Made by a program: the position numbers and the translations under genes. A DNA stretch of 47,156 nt from a virus. Its lineage: Duplodnaviria; Caudoviricetes. The stretch spans positions 1 to 47,156 of IMG/VR virus record IMGVR_UViG_3300048892_000092; one strand, given 5' to 3'. Positions within the stretch are counted from its first letter, which is position 1; each line of letters opens with the position of its first letter. Below, piece by piece: positions 45,348-47,156 of the stretch. Below the pieces are notes generated by a model. It was not told the DNA's origin and did not search any database. It was given only the letters and a program-made list of their open reading frames with translations.

Positions 45348-45629
45348 ATGCCACGCGAAAGGGAGTACGAGTCGAATGCGGAGCGCCAGGCTGCGTACCG
45401 TGCAAGGCAGAGGGAGCTGCAGGCCGACCGGGAGAAGCTGAACGCGCAGCTCTCGTCGGAGTCGCCGACGGCTATGCCGTCTACTCCTCCTTCTTCGCTG
45501 CCGATCTCCGAGGACGAGTACGTCAAGCTGATGCTGAGCGAGCCCGCGATCCTCGATGAGAAGCGCGCCGAGCGCTATGCGCGCTGGCGCTACCGGGGGG
45601 TTTTGGAGGGCCGGGTCGCGAGTCTCTAG
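45348..45629 (+). CDS. Small DNA-binding-like protein (93 aa)
   Basis: YESNAERQAAYRARQ motif; GAGGGG SD. Confidence 0.7.
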   Translation: MPREREYESNAERQAAYRARQRELQADREKLNAQLSSESPTAMPSTPPSSLPISEDEYVKLMLSEPAILDEKRAERYARWRYRGVLEGRVASL

Positions 45630-45909
45630 CTCCGGGGTTTGTACTGAGGCCTGTTCAGGCGGCCGTCATCTAGTCTTGCCTACGCTGGGCTATGCGTTAT
45701 GGGGCGGCGGGCCCTCGGCTTGTTGCATAGCCCAGGAGGGCTTCGCCGCCCCATTGTTCTGCGCCGCAGCGCAGGGTCGTGATCTTAGTTACTTGACCCG
45801 TGCGCGCTGGCAAATGGGGCAAGTGTCGAGCCCCGCCCTGCGGCGGGAGTCTGTGCGGCGAGGCGGGGCCCAGAGGGAGTCTGTCATGAAGTCGCGACTT
45901 CTTGTCCGC

Positions 45910-46125
45910 TCACCGCTGCGCTTCCTTCTCGGCGCACTCCAGGCAGACGTCTTGTTTGTCGCCGTCGACTGTTTCGCTCAGCTCGGAGACGTTGAATCTG
46001 TGGAAGCAGAGGCAGCACATCACTTTGCCGTCGGGGCATTGGGCGCCGTAGTGGCGTTGCCCGCAGCAGAGGCGGACGGGCGCTTGCGGAGTGGAACTGG
46101 GATTCGACTCCGTAGGCTCAGCCAC
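45910..46125 (-). CDS. Cys-rich Zn-binding protein (71 aa)
   Basis: CCGQRH...C...CCLC...CLEC. Confidence 0.7.
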   Translation of the reverse strand: MAEPTESNPSSTPQAPVRLCCGQRHYGAQCPDGKVMCCLCFHRFNVSELSETVDGDKQDVCLECAEKEAQR

Positions 46126-46405
46126 GGTCGAACCCCGAGTAGTCGTCCAGGTCAGGTTTCTCGACGGGCGCCATCGGTGGTTTTCCTCCGAGCGTGCCGA
46201 TCAGCCGGACGCCGCCTTGTCCGAGTGTGTTGCCGATCCGGTAGCTCGCTCGCACCATCGCGTAGCACTCGGGATCGCCGGGAGCGGGCATCAGGTATTC
46301 GATGCTGCCCTCGAAGCTGTCACCGGCCTCGACGTGCGCGGCCATGTCGTGGAGGACTGCGGCGAGCGTCTCGGCGTCCATCGGGATGGGCATGTTCCCG
46401 CTCAT
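46118..46405 (-). CDS. Hypothetical protein (95 aa)
   Basis: GDSFEGSIEY...YRIGNTLGQGG; coupled ORF. Confidence 0.7.
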   Translation of the reverse strand: MSGNMPIPMDAETLAAVLHDMAAHVEAGDSFEGSIEYLMPAPGDPECYAMVRASYRIGNTLGQGGVRLIGTLGGKPPMAPVEKPDLDDYSGFDRG

Positions 46406-46605
46406 TCGCTGATCCCGTCCTCGTCCTCGCGGCGCAGCATGATCTCTAGCGCGAGCACGTCCCAGTGGTCGAGCGTCCCGAGCTTGTCCTCGATCTCTTC
46501 GCTGATTCCTTTCTCGCCGAAGTTCGCGGCGACGTCGGCGCGGATCAGGACGCGGTAGATGCGCATCCGGTCGTCGGGCCCTCGTTTCTCGGGCAGCCAG
46601 CTCAT
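46402..46605 (-). CDS. Hypothetical protein (67 aa)
   Basis: ATGA-coupled ORF. Confidence 0.6.
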   Translation of the reverse strand: MSWLPEKRGPDDRMRIYRVLIRADVAANFGEKGISEEIEDKLGTLDHWDVLALEIMLRREDEDGISE

Positions 46606-46997
46606 CGCTTCTTCGTCCCGTACAGGAACTCGCGCCGGAGCATGTGCCCGAGCATCGCCTCGCCGCGCTGATACCTGGAAGTCACAAGCGCCATCACCTC
46701 GATCATCTTCTCGTCCGGCATCTTCTCGACCACCCGTAACTCAGGCGCTTTCAGCTGCGCAGCGATCACGCGCTCGCCGGACGGGCTGAGCGACCAGAGC
46801 TTGTGCTCCTTGTCGTAGAGGATCATCCCGTAGTGGCGCATCCAGATCAGGCGAGTGGAGACGGTGCGGGCGCTGTCCTCGGCGCCGAAGCCGAGCAGCT
46901 CGGCGACCTCCTGACTTGAGACGCCGCCGTTCGAGGCGTCGGCGAGCCGGTGCATGATGTCGGCGTCGCGGAAGTCGTACAGGCTGACCTTAGGCAT
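46602..46997 (-). CDS. Winged-helix DNA-binding protein (131 aa)
   Basis: MPKVSLYDF...VSSQEVAELLG...WSLSPSGE; start overlaps the stop of the junction-spanning gene. Confidence 0.7.
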   Translation of the reverse strand: MPKVSLYDFRDADIMHRLADASNGGVSSQEVAELLGFGAEDSARTVSTRLIWMRHYGMILYDKEHKLWSLSPSGERVIAAQLKAPELRVVEKMPDEKMIEVMALVTSRYQRGEAMLGHMLRREFLYGTKKR

Positions 46998-47156
46998 GGC
47001 CGACGAGCGCGTAGGCCTTACCACCACCGGAGGTGGTGCGGGTCATTCTGAGCAGGCCTTGTTCGTGCAGCTCGATGAAGGCCTTCCGCACCATCTCCTT
47101 GCCGATCGCCATCTTCGCGTCCTTCATCGCTTTGAACACGGCGGTGTAGCCGAAGT
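46991..47156. repeat. Terminal direct repeat, right copy
   Basis: Same as 1-166 except G47117. Confidence 0.95.

Overview
The window is an apparently complete, circularly assembled genome (about 46,990 bp plus a 166-bp end overlap) of a high-GC temperate short-tailed (podovirus-like) phage. The host is probably an actinobacterium, inferred from high GC, an Rpf-like gene and the lysin types. The plus strand carries terminase large subunit, P22-like portal, scaffold, major capsid, tail, adaptor and nozzle genes, a CHAP endolysin cassette, three ejection-type internal proteins (one of 2,559 aa) and a two-domain virion lysin. These are followed by an accessory gene pair, attP, tyrosine integrase and excisionase. 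The minus strand carries recombination and nuclease genes (Holliday junction resolvase, HNH, RecB-like exonuclease, SSB), an XRE regulator and a 4-kb array of tiny genes. The most unusual features are: (1) 12 units of that array each begin with the same element, a sequence-variable GC hairpin + TCGGTCAACCA + GGAGG + start codon; (2) a stand-alone secreted resuscitation-promoting-factor (Rpf)-like gene just before the terminase; (3) a giant ejection protein with an HhH-GPD glycosylase-like domain, a zincin-like domain and a nested +1-frame gene; (4) a second copy of the attP arm repeats 13 kb from attP. No DNA polymerase, primase or helicase, tRNA, CRISPR array or reverse transcriptase was recognised. 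All calls are by-eye motif recognition, with no database searches.
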